Shown: positions 27,794 through 37,622 of the stretch, one piece after another
How positions within the stretch are numbered: the stretch's first letter is position 1
Layout of the letters: each line of letters opens with the position of its first letter
NCBI GenBank assembly: GCA_964514565.1
Contig: CAZERA010000001.1
Location: forward strand, 310,001-374,000
DNA from: an uncultured Candidatus Peribacteria bacterium
GTDB lineage: Bacteria; Patescibacteriota; Gracilibacteria; RBG-16-42-10
DNA: 64,000 nt
Direction: 5' to 3'
Notes under the pieces: model-generated
The model's input: only the letters and a program-made list of their open reading frames with translations
Told to the model about the DNA's origin: nothing
The model's database searches: none
Position numbers and translations under genes: made by a program

Positions 27794-29197
27794 ATGTCAT
27801 TTACTCTAGATTCATTTCGAAATAGTAAGCTCAATATTCATATTGTCGGTGCCGCTGCAGTTGAAGGGGCTGCCATTGCTCGTTTTCTGGCCAAGCTTGG
27901 GGCGCAAAATGTGGTGCTGCATGATTTTTGTGAGCAGAAAGATTTTGCTAAACGCTTCCTGACGTTTCACAACGGAGTAAAGAATCGCAAAGAGCTTTGG
28001 CAAACTGTGAAAAGTCTGCCCTATACTTTTCAGTTTGCTGACCAATATTTAGTTGACATTGAGAAAGCTGATCTGATCTTTTTGAATCAGGCTTGGTATA
28101 AATATGATTTTAACTTTCCTAAATTGGGTGAGATCGTTGATGCTGGCAAGATTATGATTTCCAGCATGGTTGATCTTTACCTGCAGCTTTTTCCTGGCAA
28201 GATCATTGGTGTGACTGGTACTCACGGCAAGACTACCGTGACTCGCTTGCTAGGTCACGTGCTCAATGCCTGTGGTTATCAGACATATGTATCAGGCAAT
28301 GATCGTCATAGTGATCAGATCCTTGACCAATTAGCTGAGCCTGAAGCGTTCAAAAAAAATGATTTCTTGGTATTAGAAATTAGCAATAGACAGCTCAAAC
28401 AGCGCTACAGCAAAGGTCCAGATATTGCGGTAATTACTAACATTTATCACAACCACTTGGACGAACATCCCAATTTTGATGAATACCGGTCGATTAAACA
28501 ACGTATTGCTGACAATCAATCACCGGGAAGTAAATTGCTGGTCGGTGACAATGATGAACAATTGGCTACTTGGGCTTTGAATAGATCTGGAGTTGTTATT
28601 GATCGTGCTTTTGTTGAGAGACTGCAGGCACAGTATCATTTACCTGGTACATTGGTGGGGAACCATAATGCTTATAATGCAGCTTTTGTCGCTCAAGTTA
28701 GTTTGTGGCTAGGGGTCACTCCTGAACAATTTCAAAGAGCGGTAGCTAGTTTTCCAGGTGTAGAAAAAAGAACGCAGAAAATCTACCAAGATGAACGGAT
28801 TGGAGTGATCAATGATTTAGCTGCTACTACACCACAAGCGACATTGTCAGCGGTGCTTGTATATCAATCATATCCATTATGGGTAGTATTGGGAGGGGAC
28901 GATAAGAATATTCCGGCTGAAAGTTGGGCAAATCTAAGTAATGCTTTAGCTAAAGCAAAAGTATTTTTATTGCCAGGATCAATTGGCACTAAACTTACTC
29001 TTGCCAATGTTGTCAAAGTACAAGATTGGTCGGACCTGGTTGGAAAGCTGCGGAGTGAATATCAGCATCTCCCTCTAAACCAAAAAGAGACAATATTGCT
29101 ACTGTCTCCCGCTGGTGAGGGCTTTTATACTGCCTTTATGCAAGGTGTAAATCTCCAAAAGGAGATTGAGTCTACTTTTGTTCCTCGATCTGTTTGA
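27794..29197 (+). CDS. Divergent MurD-like Mur ligase
   Basis: GVTGTHGKTT P-loop, SGN, LEIS, TNI-x-x-NHLDEH, G-x-HN-x-x-N, NDLAATT, LGG-x-DK, LLSPA. Confidence 0.85.
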   Translation: MSFTLDSFRNSKLNIHIVGAAAVEGAAIARFLAKLGAQNVVLHDFCEQKDFAKRFLTFHNGVKNRKELWQTVKSLPYTFQFADQYLVDIEKADLIFLNQAWYKYDFNFPKLGEIVDAGKIMISSMVDLYLQLFPGKIIGVTGTHGKTTVTRLLGHVLNACGYQTYVSGNDRHSDQILDQLAEPEAFKKNDFLVLEISNRQLKQRYSKGPDIAVITNIYHNHLDEHPNFDEYRSIKQRIADNQSPGSKLLVGDNDEQLATWALNRSGVVIDRAFVERLQAQYHLPGTLVGNHNAYNAAFVAQVSLWLGVTPEQFQRAVASFPGVEKRTQKIYQDERIGVINDLAATTPQATLSAVLVYQSYPLWVVLGGDDKNIPAESWANLSNALAKAKVFLLPGSIGTKLTLANVVKVQDWSDLVGKLRSEYQHLPLNQKETILLLSPAGEGFYTAFMQGVNLQKEIESTFVPRSV

Positions 29198-29459
29198 GAA
29201 TAGGAATACTTTTGTCAAAACCGGTGACTTCAATTTGCGCGCCACATGATTCACAGACAATTTCTGCTCCTTCGAACAGCTCTTCCTCATCGGTGATGCT
29301 GAGATCTTCTCCACAGCTTGGACAAATGATAGTGTTCACTACGTCAGCTTCAGCTGGTTCAGTGCCATCAGCTTCATCTGTATCGTCGAGATCAAAATCA
29401 TCATCGTCACCTGTATCGAGCGTCACTTTTACCTTATCTAGATATGATTGTAGTTCCAT
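29172..29459 (-). CDS. Acidic LysW-like Zn-ribbon protein
   Basis: Asp/Glu-rich N-terminus, CPSCG..E-x-VCESCGAQIEV, C-terminus IEEQK. Confidence 0.7.
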   Translation of the reverse strand: MELQSYLDKVKVTLDTGDDDDFDLDDTDEADGTEPAEADVVNTIICPSCGEDLSITDEEELFEGAEIVCESCGAQIEVTGFDKSIPILKQIEEQK

Positions 29460-29506
29460 AATTTTTAAGCAAAAACTGCCCCCAACTTTACTTATTTTTT
29501 TGCAAA

Positions 29507-30448
29507 ATGCAACTTGCTGATTGGTTAGCCAAAAACGAACGTTTTGACCTGTGGAGATATCAGGAGTTTTTGGGCGAGCTTGATCCAGTATTTTGGGTAA
29601 GTGATCAGCGATCAAGCTTTACGAGACTGGAAAAGAAAGCTGACAATCTCTGGATCAAGCATGAAGATGAACATCCAATCGGATCACACAAGGGGCGTAG
29701 TGTAGCCTACCAACTCAGTATTCTGCGTAGTAGAAATGTGAAAAAAGTCGTGCTTTCATCTTCGGGCAATGCAGCGATTGCTTTGGCTAAGCTCAATCAA
29801 TTCTTTTCGAGCTTCGTATTTGTCTCTCCTCATATTGATAATGCAAAAGGATATCAACTTTCATTACAGCAAAGCGAATACACAAAAGTAATCAGCACTC
29901 CCTTCCCTCGAAACTTTGCCCAGTACTTAGCAAAAAAAGAACAGTACTGGGATTTACGACCATCTCAAAGCGATGATGCCATTAGGGGGTTGATGACTCT
30001 TGGCTTTGAGCTGGCAGAACAAATCGCTGATTTATCAGACCAATATAGCATTTATGCTGTTACCACTAGTGGAGCGAATGTATTGGGAATGTACAAGTCT
30101 TTTTGTTTGTTGCAATCGAAAGGATTGTTGGCAACATTACCTAAGATTTTTCCCGTATTAATCTCAGATTACCAAGGGGGAACATTGACGCGTGATCGGT
30201 GCTTGGCATTAGAATCTGCTGCTTTCCACACCGGCGGAAATATTCTCGAGCACAGTGCCGTAGACAAGGGGGATCATCAAACATCTTTTGAAGGTAATAC
30301 CGCTTTTGCTGCTTATCAACAGAATCATCGTGCCGGTGAAAAAGCGGTAGTGATTTTTACTGGCAAGAAGTGGGATGCACCTTTGAAGCCTTATTCATTG
30401 CCACAATATGCTACTATCCAGGCGTTTAGGCATGATTATTTGCTATGA
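29507..30448 (+). CDS. PLP-dependent fold-type II enzyme (threonine synthase/cysteine synthase-like)
   Basis: LWRY, KHE-x-x-HPIGSHKGR (PLP Lys), SSSGNAA, G-x-x-TLGFEL-x-EQ, SGAN-x-LG, VVIFTG. Confidence 0.85.
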   Translation: MQLADWLAKNERFDLWRYQEFLGELDPVFWVSDQRSSFTRLEKKADNLWIKHEDEHPIGSHKGRSVAYQLSILRSRNVKKVVLSSSGNAAIALAKLNQFFSSFVFVSPHIDNAKGYQLSLQQSEYTKVISTPFPRNFAQYLAKKEQYWDLRPSQSDDAIRGLMTLGFELAEQIADLSDQYSIYAVTTSGANVLGMYKSFCLLQSKGLLATLPKIFPVLISDYQGGTLTRDRCLALESAAFHTGGNILEHSAVDKGDHQTSFEGNTAFAAYQQNHRAGEKAVVIFTGKKWDAPLKPYSLPQYATIQAFRHDYLL

Positions 30449-31761
30449 TTTTCTTCTTACTGCCAGAAATTCGTTATGGTATTGGTTTGGTTGAGCAAAT
30501 TGCTGATCCGATTTGTATTGTGACCAGTCACAAACATCAAGCAGTAGAGGAAATGCAGGCTTTGGGACAAACTGTTATTTGTCTAGAGTTAGCAAGTTTG
30601 GCTCCGGTGAACCAAGCTCATCAAATGTTGGAACTAGATTTAGTTCGAGCACGAATTTTGGCGATACCTAAAGCTGAAAGAAAAATTCTTACCTTTAAAA
30701 TTACGCCACGTTTAACCAAACTAGCTCTTGAGTTGGAAGCTGAAGTGCTTATGCCTCCCTATCAACTTAATCGTTTTTGGGAAGACAAGAACAAAGGCAT
30801 GGCTGAGTTTGCTAAAGTAGGTGTACCTACAAAGCCTGGTATCAGTGGTGCATTTGCTAGTTTTGATTACCAAACTATCGTCAATCAATGGAACTGTGCA
30901 AAGTTAGTAATTCAGAAGCCGAGAGGAATGGCCGGTAGTACTACGTATTTTGTGGAGAATCAAACTGAATGGCAAAAATTAGCTAGTATACTGCACAATA
31001 CGTTAGTTAAAATTACACCTTATATTGAAGGTGACCCATTCACGATCAATTGTCTGCTCAATAATACTGGTATCTATCATGGATACCCTATGTTTCAAAT
31101 CACAGGCGATAAAAGATTTACTAGATATAGTGGTGGAACCTGTGGAGTTGATATGACAGGTGGACGCACTTTTAGTGCCGCTTTTTTGCAAAAGCTTGAT
31201 GAAATAGTGCAACTTATTGGTACTGCACTCAAGAAAACAGAGTTTTGGGGCTGGTTTGGCCTAGACTTTTTAGTAACTAAAAACGAAGAGATAGTAATTA
31301 TAGAAATCAATCCACGTTTTACCGCCTCTATCAGTATCTTTTCTCAAGCTCAAAACTATTTCTTAGGAGCATCTTTCTGGCAAGCATATATTGATAAAAC
31401 CAAGAAGCTCGCTGACATGAGCAAACTGCTTCCAATAACTTCGCTGATTCTTAGGAATACATCCTCAGAACCATTTAAAGTAAAAAATAGCTTATCATCA
31501 GGCATCTACGAAAAAAATGGCTCCGCGTTCAATCTCAAAAAGCAAACCACAAAAATCTCTGATCTCTTCCCGCATGCGCGGGATGCGCTCCCTACGTTTT
31601 TAGTTGTAGCCAAATCTGTCGGCACTGAGATCCAATCAGACAGTGAGTTTGCAACTATCGTGGCACCACGAAGTGCGGTAGATATGAATGGCAATATTGA
31701 TGATGATCTGGGCAAAATAGCAGATTTCGTTACTATGGTTTTGACTTCGAGTGAAAAATGA
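30445..31761 (+). CDS. ATP-grasp domain protein
   Basis: WEDKN..GVPT, VIQK-x-x-GMAG-x-x-TYFV, PYIEG, GWFGLDFLV, IEINPRFTAS; 4-bp overlap with the upstream gene. Confidence 0.85.
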   Translation: MIFFLLPEIRYGIGLVEQIADPICIVTSHKHQAVEEMQALGQTVICLELASLAPVNQAHQMLELDLVRARILAIPKAERKILTFKITPRLTKLALELEAEVLMPPYQLNRFWEDKNKGMAEFAKVGVPTKPGISGAFASFDYQTIVNQWNCAKLVIQKPRGMAGSTTYFVENQTEWQKLASILHNTLVKITPYIEGDPFTINCLLNNTGIYHGYPMFQITGDKRFTRYSGGTCGVDMTGGRTFSAAFLQKLDEIVQLIGTALKKTEFWGWFGLDFLVTKNEEIVIIEINPRFTASISIFSQAQNYFLGASFWQAYIDKTKKLADMSKLLPITSLILRNTSSEPFKVKNSLSSGIYEKNGSAFNLKKQTTKISDLFPHARDALPTFLVVAKSVGTEIQSDSEFATIVAPRSAVDMNGNIDDDLGKIADFVTMVLTSSEK

Positions 31762-31884
31762 ATAACTAATAATTAAAAGTTTAGCGGCTGAGATAGCATG
31801 TAATGTATTGATGACCGCACTGAGACAAAACTGGTAGTTGCTCCACTTTTCACCATTCATTTTTTCATTCTTCACTAGATCCAA

Positions 31885-32526
31885 ATGGCCGATATTGAAA
31901 ATCCAATTGCATTAGAAAAAAGCCAAGATGCCATGGGCAAAAGCCAAGCCCAGGAAGGGGGAGAATTCCCACCTGGGGTCATTGAAAAGGCTCGGGAATA
32001 CGGTGTACAACCAAGCCAATGGCAACAATATGGTGCTCAAATCCAAGGTGAATATGATCGGATTGTGAAATTGATCATGAAGGAATACAAAATGCTCGAT
32101 GATGTAGAGCAAAAAGAAATTTTGTTGGCCATTCAGTCAGGGGACGACACGGCTTTGGATGATGTATTACTCAATGTAGAAGCACGTTTGTCTGATCAAG
32201 ATCGGGCTTTGCCTAGTGTGATGAACAATCTCAAAAAAGTAGCAGCTAAAAACATTTTACAGTTGGCTGCTGAAGGAAAATTGGGACAAGGAGTAGTAGC
32301 CAAGCGTGATGAAGCAATGGCTCAGCTAGTAGATATTTTGCTCGGTCTCTTTCGTGCTCTCAATCAACCTGAACAAGACAGTACTATGGTAGCTATAAAA
32401 CAAGGGAACCTAGCTGTTCTAGATTCCCTTGTGGGTAACTTACCGATGCTCGGCTACAAGACTGATAAAGTAGATTTGTTAGTACTAAAGCAGGCTTTGG
32501 CGCAGAAATTAGTGGAACTTAATTAG
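31885..32526 (+). CDS. Hypothetical alpha-helical protein with an internal duplication
   Basis: EQKEILLAIQSGD..LD versus EQDSTMVAIKQGN..LD. Confidence 0.65.
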   Translation: MADIENPIALEKSQDAMGKSQAQEGGEFPPGVIEKAREYGVQPSQWQQYGAQIQGEYDRIVKLIMKEYKMLDDVEQKEILLAIQSGDDTALDDVLLNVEARLSDQDRALPSVMNNLKKVAAKNILQLAAEGKLGQGVVAKRDEAMAQLVDILLGLFRALNQPEQDSTMVAIKQGNLAVLDSLVGNLPMLGYKTDKVDLLVLKQALAQKLVELN

Positions 32527-32534
32527 TATTGCTG

Positions 32535-33131
32535 TTAAACACTCTCAGCTAGAGAAGCTAGTTCCCAGTGAAATACATTTCTCTTACCAGCACGGACTTC
32601 TTCATATCCATTAATACGATATTGAAGCGCATTGAGGATAGCTGTAAACTTTTGATCATCATATCTAGTTCTTAGACCAGCAAAAGTAGGAGATTCCTCT
32701 GTACGAATATTTTTCTCGGCAGGAATTAATGCGAAGTTACCTTCAATTTGGAGCTCTTCTCTCAAACCTCTTACAGCAGCTTGTGAATGAGTTTCTCCAG
32801 ATTTTGCTTTTTCTCCCACAGAATAATCTCGGGGGCGTACTTTTTGTACTTTGGTGCTTAAATCCTCTTGATAGGCCTCACGTAAATAAAGAGCAGTCCC
32901 ATCATTAGGACAATGATAGACTCTTACACCACTAGGCATAATTTGACGAATTAAACCTTGAGCGTCTTTAACTAGTTGAGTCTCACCTTCGCGTAACTCA
33001 CCCAAAAGTTTCTTTACTTTTGCTCCGTCGGTTCCCCATTGAGTTAAATCAACGCCGTTTGCACGTAAACACTCAGCAAGCTCTTCCAGGGAAGAAACTT
33101 GTATCGGTGTTTCTATAATTTCAATTGCCAT
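32535..33131 (-). CDS. NUDIX-like protein
   Basis: SVGEKAKSGETHSQAAVRGLREELQI resembles the Nudix box. Confidence 0.65.
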   Translation of the reverse strand: MAIEIIETPIQVSSLEELAECLRANGVDLTQWGTDGAKVKKLLGELREGETQLVKDAQGLIRQIMPSGVRVYHCPNDGTALYLREAYQEDLSTKVQKVRPRDYSVGEKAKSGETHSQAAVRGLREELQIEGNFALIPAEKNIRTEESPTFAGLRTRYDDQKFTAILNALQYRINGYEEVRAGKRNVFHWELASLAESV

Positions 33132-33233
33132 AAATAGTAAGTTGAAAAATTAGAGAGGCTTCTGACAATCACTTTTAGCAAAAGATCAGGAAAGTAACCT
33201 AGCACTCTTGAAATAGTTTAACAAGAAGTGTGT

Positions 33234-34496
33234 TTAAGCTGATGCCAATGAAATAGTTTCTGGATCAAATAACCGAGTTGAGAATGGGGGATGATCATTA
33301 CGTTGATTCAAGGTTCTTAGCACAGTTGGCCATCTAGTACCTTCAGGTTGATTCATAGCTCTTAAAACATCATTCCACATTACTGTCGGTGGAGGCACAA
33401 TACCTAATCTTCTTAGAATGGCTCTGGGAGCCTCTCTATATTTATAAATCTCAGCGAATCCAAAGCGATCTATCCATTCAGTGGACGAAGAACTTTTTGG
33501 AATTAACACTGTATCGATATAGCGATCAATCGTATTTCTAGGTAAGCCCCAGCGTCTGGTTTCATCAGATAGAAGAATATCTCTGCGAAGATTGTAGGGC
33601 AGCAAATGCCGTCTGTTTAAATAATCACGCAATTGTTCTCGTTCAGCTAGATCTATATCCCAATCAAAAGTATTAGTATTTTCCAAACCAATTGTTCTAA
33701 TCTTTTCTTGGCGCTCTCTTTCTTTGACCTCGTCTGGATGCGCTCGCAAACTTAAACCTAACTTGCGTCGAGTGTCAGTTTTTAAGGCCAATTGATAAAT
33801 CAAATTGAAATCTTTTACTGCAAAAAGCCGCTTTTTATCAACATTGAATACCTTACTGATTTGGTCTAGTTCTCTTAAATAGCGCGCATTATTGGCTAGG
33901 TCTTCTTCAAGATCCTCTATTATTCCTTCAGCAGTTCCATCATTAGTGTCCTCAAGCAGTCTTTCTAGAGTTTGTCCGTCAGGTCCCAAGTTGTTTAAAG
34001 CTGTATTTCGGCGTTCGTGCAAAGATAAGTAATCTAGTGTTTGCCTGAATTTCCCCGCTTGGTTACCAGAAATAGCTAAATCCTCAGCTCTTTCCAGATC
34101 ATATGGCCCATCTCTTAATAGTCTATATCTTCGTTCGAAGATATCTTCTGCAGCAAATACTTGTTCCCACCACCCCTGCCATCTGGGGTCAGTACGAGCA
34201 GGTAGCCGACGATGATTAGATATACCCCAAAAAAGCATCTTGTCTCGTAATTCGGTCTCGGCTGTTAATGAGTTTGTCCTATTCTTACGAGAGAGGGCAA
34301 TGAATTCTTTCTCTGTTATATAAAGATATCGAGCTTCTCGTCTAATGTACTTTCTTTGTTCTGCAGCCAAAATATCAGCGTAGCTTTTTCTCCGCGATAA
34401 TCGGAGTGCCTCCCATTTCCAGCGATATAATTTTTCTGGTGGAGGAGCAGGTTCGAATGTCTGTAATTCAATTTCGAGTTGGGTCTTAAGATCCAT
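33234..34496 (-). CDS. Arg-rich hypothetical protein
   Basis: Long ORF of ~420 aa with no recognised motif. Confidence 0.65.
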   Translation of the reverse strand: MDLKTQLEIELQTFEPAPPPEKLYRWKWEALRLSRRKSYADILAAEQRKYIRREARYLYITEKEFIALSRKNRTNSLTAETELRDKMLFWGISNHRRLPARTDPRWQGWWEQVFAAEDIFERRYRLLRDGPYDLERAEDLAISGNQAGKFRQTLDYLSLHERRNTALNNLGPDGQTLERLLEDTNDGTAEGIIEDLEEDLANNARYLRELDQISKVFNVDKKRLFAVKDFNLIYQLALKTDTRRKLGLSLRAHPDEVKERERQEKIRTIGLENTNTFDWDIDLAEREQLRDYLNRRHLLPYNLRRDILLSDETRRWGLPRNTIDRYIDTVLIPKSSSSTEWIDRFGFAEIYKYREAPRAILRRLGIVPPPTVMWNDVLRAMNQPEGTRWPTVLRTLNQRNDHPPFSTRLFDPETISLASA

Positions 34497-34552
34497 AAAA
34501 GCATGCAAGTGTTTATGTTTAAACCATTGCATGGCATTCTGTCAATGGGTGG

Positions 34553-35227
34553 CTAAGTAATCAAATACTTCTTCAAGGAAAGCAGATTAGAAAGTTGTAG
34601 ACAATGGACTTCAGGATTAGGAATGGAGATATTAACTAATAAACATGGAATCATCAGTTCTTTCGGCACCCAATAGTCAGATTTCTCTCTGTCACCTATA
34701 TAAAGAAATTGTTCAGGCCTGAGCTCTGGATAACATTTCAACCATGCTCGATACGCACTTCCATCGCTTTTACCTACTTCGCCAGTGATAACTTGATCAA
34801 ATAGACCTAAAGGAATATTTAATTTCTTTAACTTTTTTTCAGCAATAGGTCGAATGGAACCAGTAATCAAATCAACATGTTTATACTTTTGTTTCAATTT
34901 ATTCAGTAATTCTAATACCTCGCCATTTGGTAGCAAGAATTCAGCAATGTCAGCATTTTCCAATGCTTCTTGTACTACTTCTTTTGGATTAGGAATGCCT
35001 AAGCTAGTGAGAGTCTGACTACCGCTCAATCCTTTACCACTTTGATAGAGATCAGTGAATAGTTTGCGTGCCGCAGCTAGATCGCATCCTTTATGTTGTG
35101 CAATCTTTTCATAAATGTAGCCTTGAATAGCTTCATCAATCTTAGGCGATTTAGGATACAAAGTCTGATCTAAATCAAAACCGATTACTTCAATTCCTGT
35201 GAAGTCAGTAGAACTAATAAGCGACAT
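34553..35227 (-). CDS. HAD-superfamily hydrolase (nucleotidase-like)
   Basis: GFDLDQTLY (DxDxT), LITGS, K, YIGDREKSD; ATG 35227 overlaps the upstream stop. Confidence 0.9.
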   Translation of the reverse strand: MSLISSTDFTGIEVIGFDLDQTLYPKSPKIDEAIQGYIYEKIAQHKGCDLAAARKLFTDLYQSGKGLSGSQTLTSLGIPNPKEVVQEALENADIAEFLLPNGEVLELLNKLKQKYKHVDLITGSIRPIAEKKLKKLNIPLGLFDQVITGEVGKSDGSAYRAWLKCYPELRPEQFLYIGDREKSDYWVPKELMIPCLLVNISIPNPEVHCLQLSNLLSLKKYLIT

Positions 35228-37622
35228 AGAAAAGGGTAAGAGCTCCCAATGGATAGTTGAGTGTCTGAGCGTATTGAGTGGCAATATAATTGAGCAAGTT
35301 TTGATCTTCGGCACGGTGATCAAGTGTGCGATTAGCAAACACAGCTGTCATGTGAAGCTTTTTGCCCATAACATTGGCCTGTAAGAATACTAAGCAATCA
35401 CTTTGTGGATCATCTTCCTTGGCATGATAGCTACTGATCAGTGGATTGTTGTGATTGATGCCTTTTTCTTTGAGATAGGTAATCGCTTTTTGTAATACAT
35501 TTTGGCCACGATAATTTTCTAAACGGGCTAGAAATGGGTGATCAGGTTTTGTGCTGTTTTCAATAAGATCGCTGTAGATGTATGCCAATCCATTGCTGGT
35601 TTGTGGTGCTTTTACATTGTCGCCTAATAAGTAAGGCCCAATATGAGTATCAGGGGACTCTACGGGTTTAGAAGGTTCAGCTAAAAGCTTCTTGGTACGT
35701 TGTTCTTCAGTGAGCAGCAAAATATTGGCACGGCTTGAAAGCATAAACATATCTCCCATTGGACACTTGAGCGCGTCTAATACTGTTTGTACATAAGCAT
35801 CATAAAGACCAAAAATATTCTCTGGATATGCATTGACTGTGTTGTGAGCACGGGCGATATGGAATGAATAGAGCTTGCCATCTTGTACCCAAAATATGTC
35901 ATGCGTCAGACAAGGATCATGGGAGAATTCCATTTTGTTGGTCTCCGGATTGAGCCAACTACTCATGTCTTCTGCTGGATCAAAACGTTGAACAATCGTC
36001 GCTTTGTTTGGATTCTTTTGGAGGCTTTCTACCGCTCTTGGTAATTGATCAAAGCCAAAGAAACTACGTGTGCGTTCGCCATAGCTATAGGAGCCGTCAT
36101 GGTCAAAACGAAGCAGTTGGGCTTTGTACGCTGCTCTTACTTCTTCAGGACTCTGATCACCTTGTTTATAAATCAGTGGCATTGTAGCGAGCGCTTTATC
36201 GGCCTGGCGATATACTGCCAAGACTACAGCGCTACGTGCTAAACCCTTCCATGGATCACCATGTTCTTCAGTGAGACCTTTGGTATAGATTAGCTGCAGT
36301 ACAGATTTGTGGGTAGCCAAAAAGGTATCAGTGTCGGCAATTACCAATGGTAAATTGGTAGTATTAACTTTAAAAAGATTGGGAAAGTCTTGCATGAAAG
36401 CATAGCCTTCTTTGAGTGCTAGATATGCTCTACCGATCTGCGCGCCTACATCCATACGATGCAAGATATCCATCTCATATGTCTCAAAACGATTGAGTTC
36501 GGCTAGTTTGTTAATCACAGCAGTAAAAGATGCTGAACGTAGTTCAAATACCTCTTCACATACATCAAAAGCGAGACACATGACCGAGAGCTGATCTTGA
36601 GCCAAGCCCATTCGGTAGTAATATTGCTTGTCAGTTTGCAAGAAGACTTTTGGTTCTAGTGCCACCGTTTCTCCTGCTGCCACGTCAGTATCAGCAAGCG
36701 TCAGTGGTGTAAGTGGTACATCGTCAACGATATGTGTTTTCATTAATCCCAACTCTGCTCCCAGTAACAATTGCTCTTTTGGTGATAGAAACTGTTTCTT
36801 TTCACCCAGAAATTTCATTAAAGAATAACTGAGTAAGAAGTCATCGTCACCTTGAAGTGTATAGTTTTGATTGTCTATGCGAATATCCAAAACAATATTA
36901 CGATTGTCTGATCGTACGCGAAAGGGCACAGGAGAAATTTCCTCTGGTGCATCAATACTCATGCGAGGAGGCTGCAAATGTTGGAAGTCTTTTGCAGCTA
37001 ATTCTACCGTTGCTTTTGGTGTGGTTTGGCTATTTCCTACTACTCTGATCAAGTCTTTGAGTGCATCATAATAGACTTTGTCTTTTTGGTTGATTTTACT
37101 AATCAAAGCAAAGATCTTGGGATCGATACGTGGCTCCAACCAGCTTAAATACTCAGCGACAATTTGTTTACTAAAATTACTTTTGAAAACAAAGATTGGT
37201 AGTACTGTGATATTTTCTCTAAATAAACTGAGTAAGTGGTCAGGGATATTGGGATAATGAGCACTAGCAGCTCGTCCACCCTTGATAAAATTGCCCGTTT
37301 TTTCACTGTCATAGCCGTGCTGAATCGCCAGTAATAAATTGGTGCTAGGAGAGAAGGTCAGCCCTTCTTCAGCAAATAAAATAATGTAGCGTAAAGTAGG
37401 ATGGACCAATGCATTGACGATCATGCGTTCGGCTCCGTCCCGATTCACAATGAGAGATCCCAGTACTGACACATATGGGCGGAGGTCTGGGTCAAGCATA
37501 TTGAGTACTTGGCCAGGCGCTGTGGTATTGGTACAGATACCGATACTGCCATTTTTGCCTTCTACAGGTAGTTGAAGGAGAGCATCGATCAAGGGAAAAC
37601 TTTGTGTGCTATTTGCGTTCAT
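35214..37622 (-). CDS. Multidomain MtrA-like / DUF4346-like x2 / thymidylate-synthase-like x2 protein
   Basis: IGICT..G-x-L..DGAERMIVN..P-x-LRYIIL (MtrA-like); H-x-x-DVG-x-QIGRA-x-LAL-x-x-G-x-x-F-x-QD (DUF4346-like); YSYGER..DQL..DPCL..DGKL..RAHN..AYPEN (archaeal-type ThyA-like). Confidence 0.75.
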   Translation of the reverse strand: MNANSTQSFPLIDALLQLPVEGKNGSIGICTNTTAPGQVLNMLDPDLRPYVSVLGSLIVNRDGAERMIVNALVHPTLRYIILFAEEGLTFSPSTNLLLAIQHGYDSEKTGNFIKGGRAASAHYPNIPDHLLSLFRENITVLPIFVFKSNFSKQIVAEYLSWLEPRIDPKIFALISKINQKDKVYYDALKDLIRVVGNSQTTPKATVELAAKDFQHLQPPRMSIDAPEEISPVPFRVRSDNRNIVLDIRIDNQNYTLQGDDDFLLSYSLMKFLGEKKQFLSPKEQLLLGAELGLMKTHIVDDVPLTPLTLADTDVAAGETVALEPKVFLQTDKQYYYRMGLAQDQLSVMCLAFDVCEEVFELRSASFTAVINKLAELNRFETYEMDILHRMDVGAQIGRAYLALKEGYAFMQDFPNLFKVNTTNLPLVIADTDTFLATHKSVLQLIYTKGLTEEHGDPWKGLARSAVVLAVYRQADKALATMPLIYKQGDQSPEEVRAAYKAQLLRFDHDGSYSYGERTRSFFGFDQLPRAVESLQKNPNKATIVQRFDPAEDMSSWLNPETNKMEFSHDPCLTHDIFWVQDGKLYSFHIARAHNTVNAYPENIFGLYDAYVQTVLDALKCPMGDMFMLSSRANILLLTEEQRTKKLLAEPSKPVESPDTHIGPYLLGDNVKAPQTSNGLAYIYSDLIENSTKPDHPFLARLENYRGQNVLQKAITYLKEKGINHNNPLISSYHAKEDDPQSDCLVFLQANVMGKKLHMTAVFANRTLDHRAEDQNLLNYIATQYAQTLNYPLGALTLFYVAY

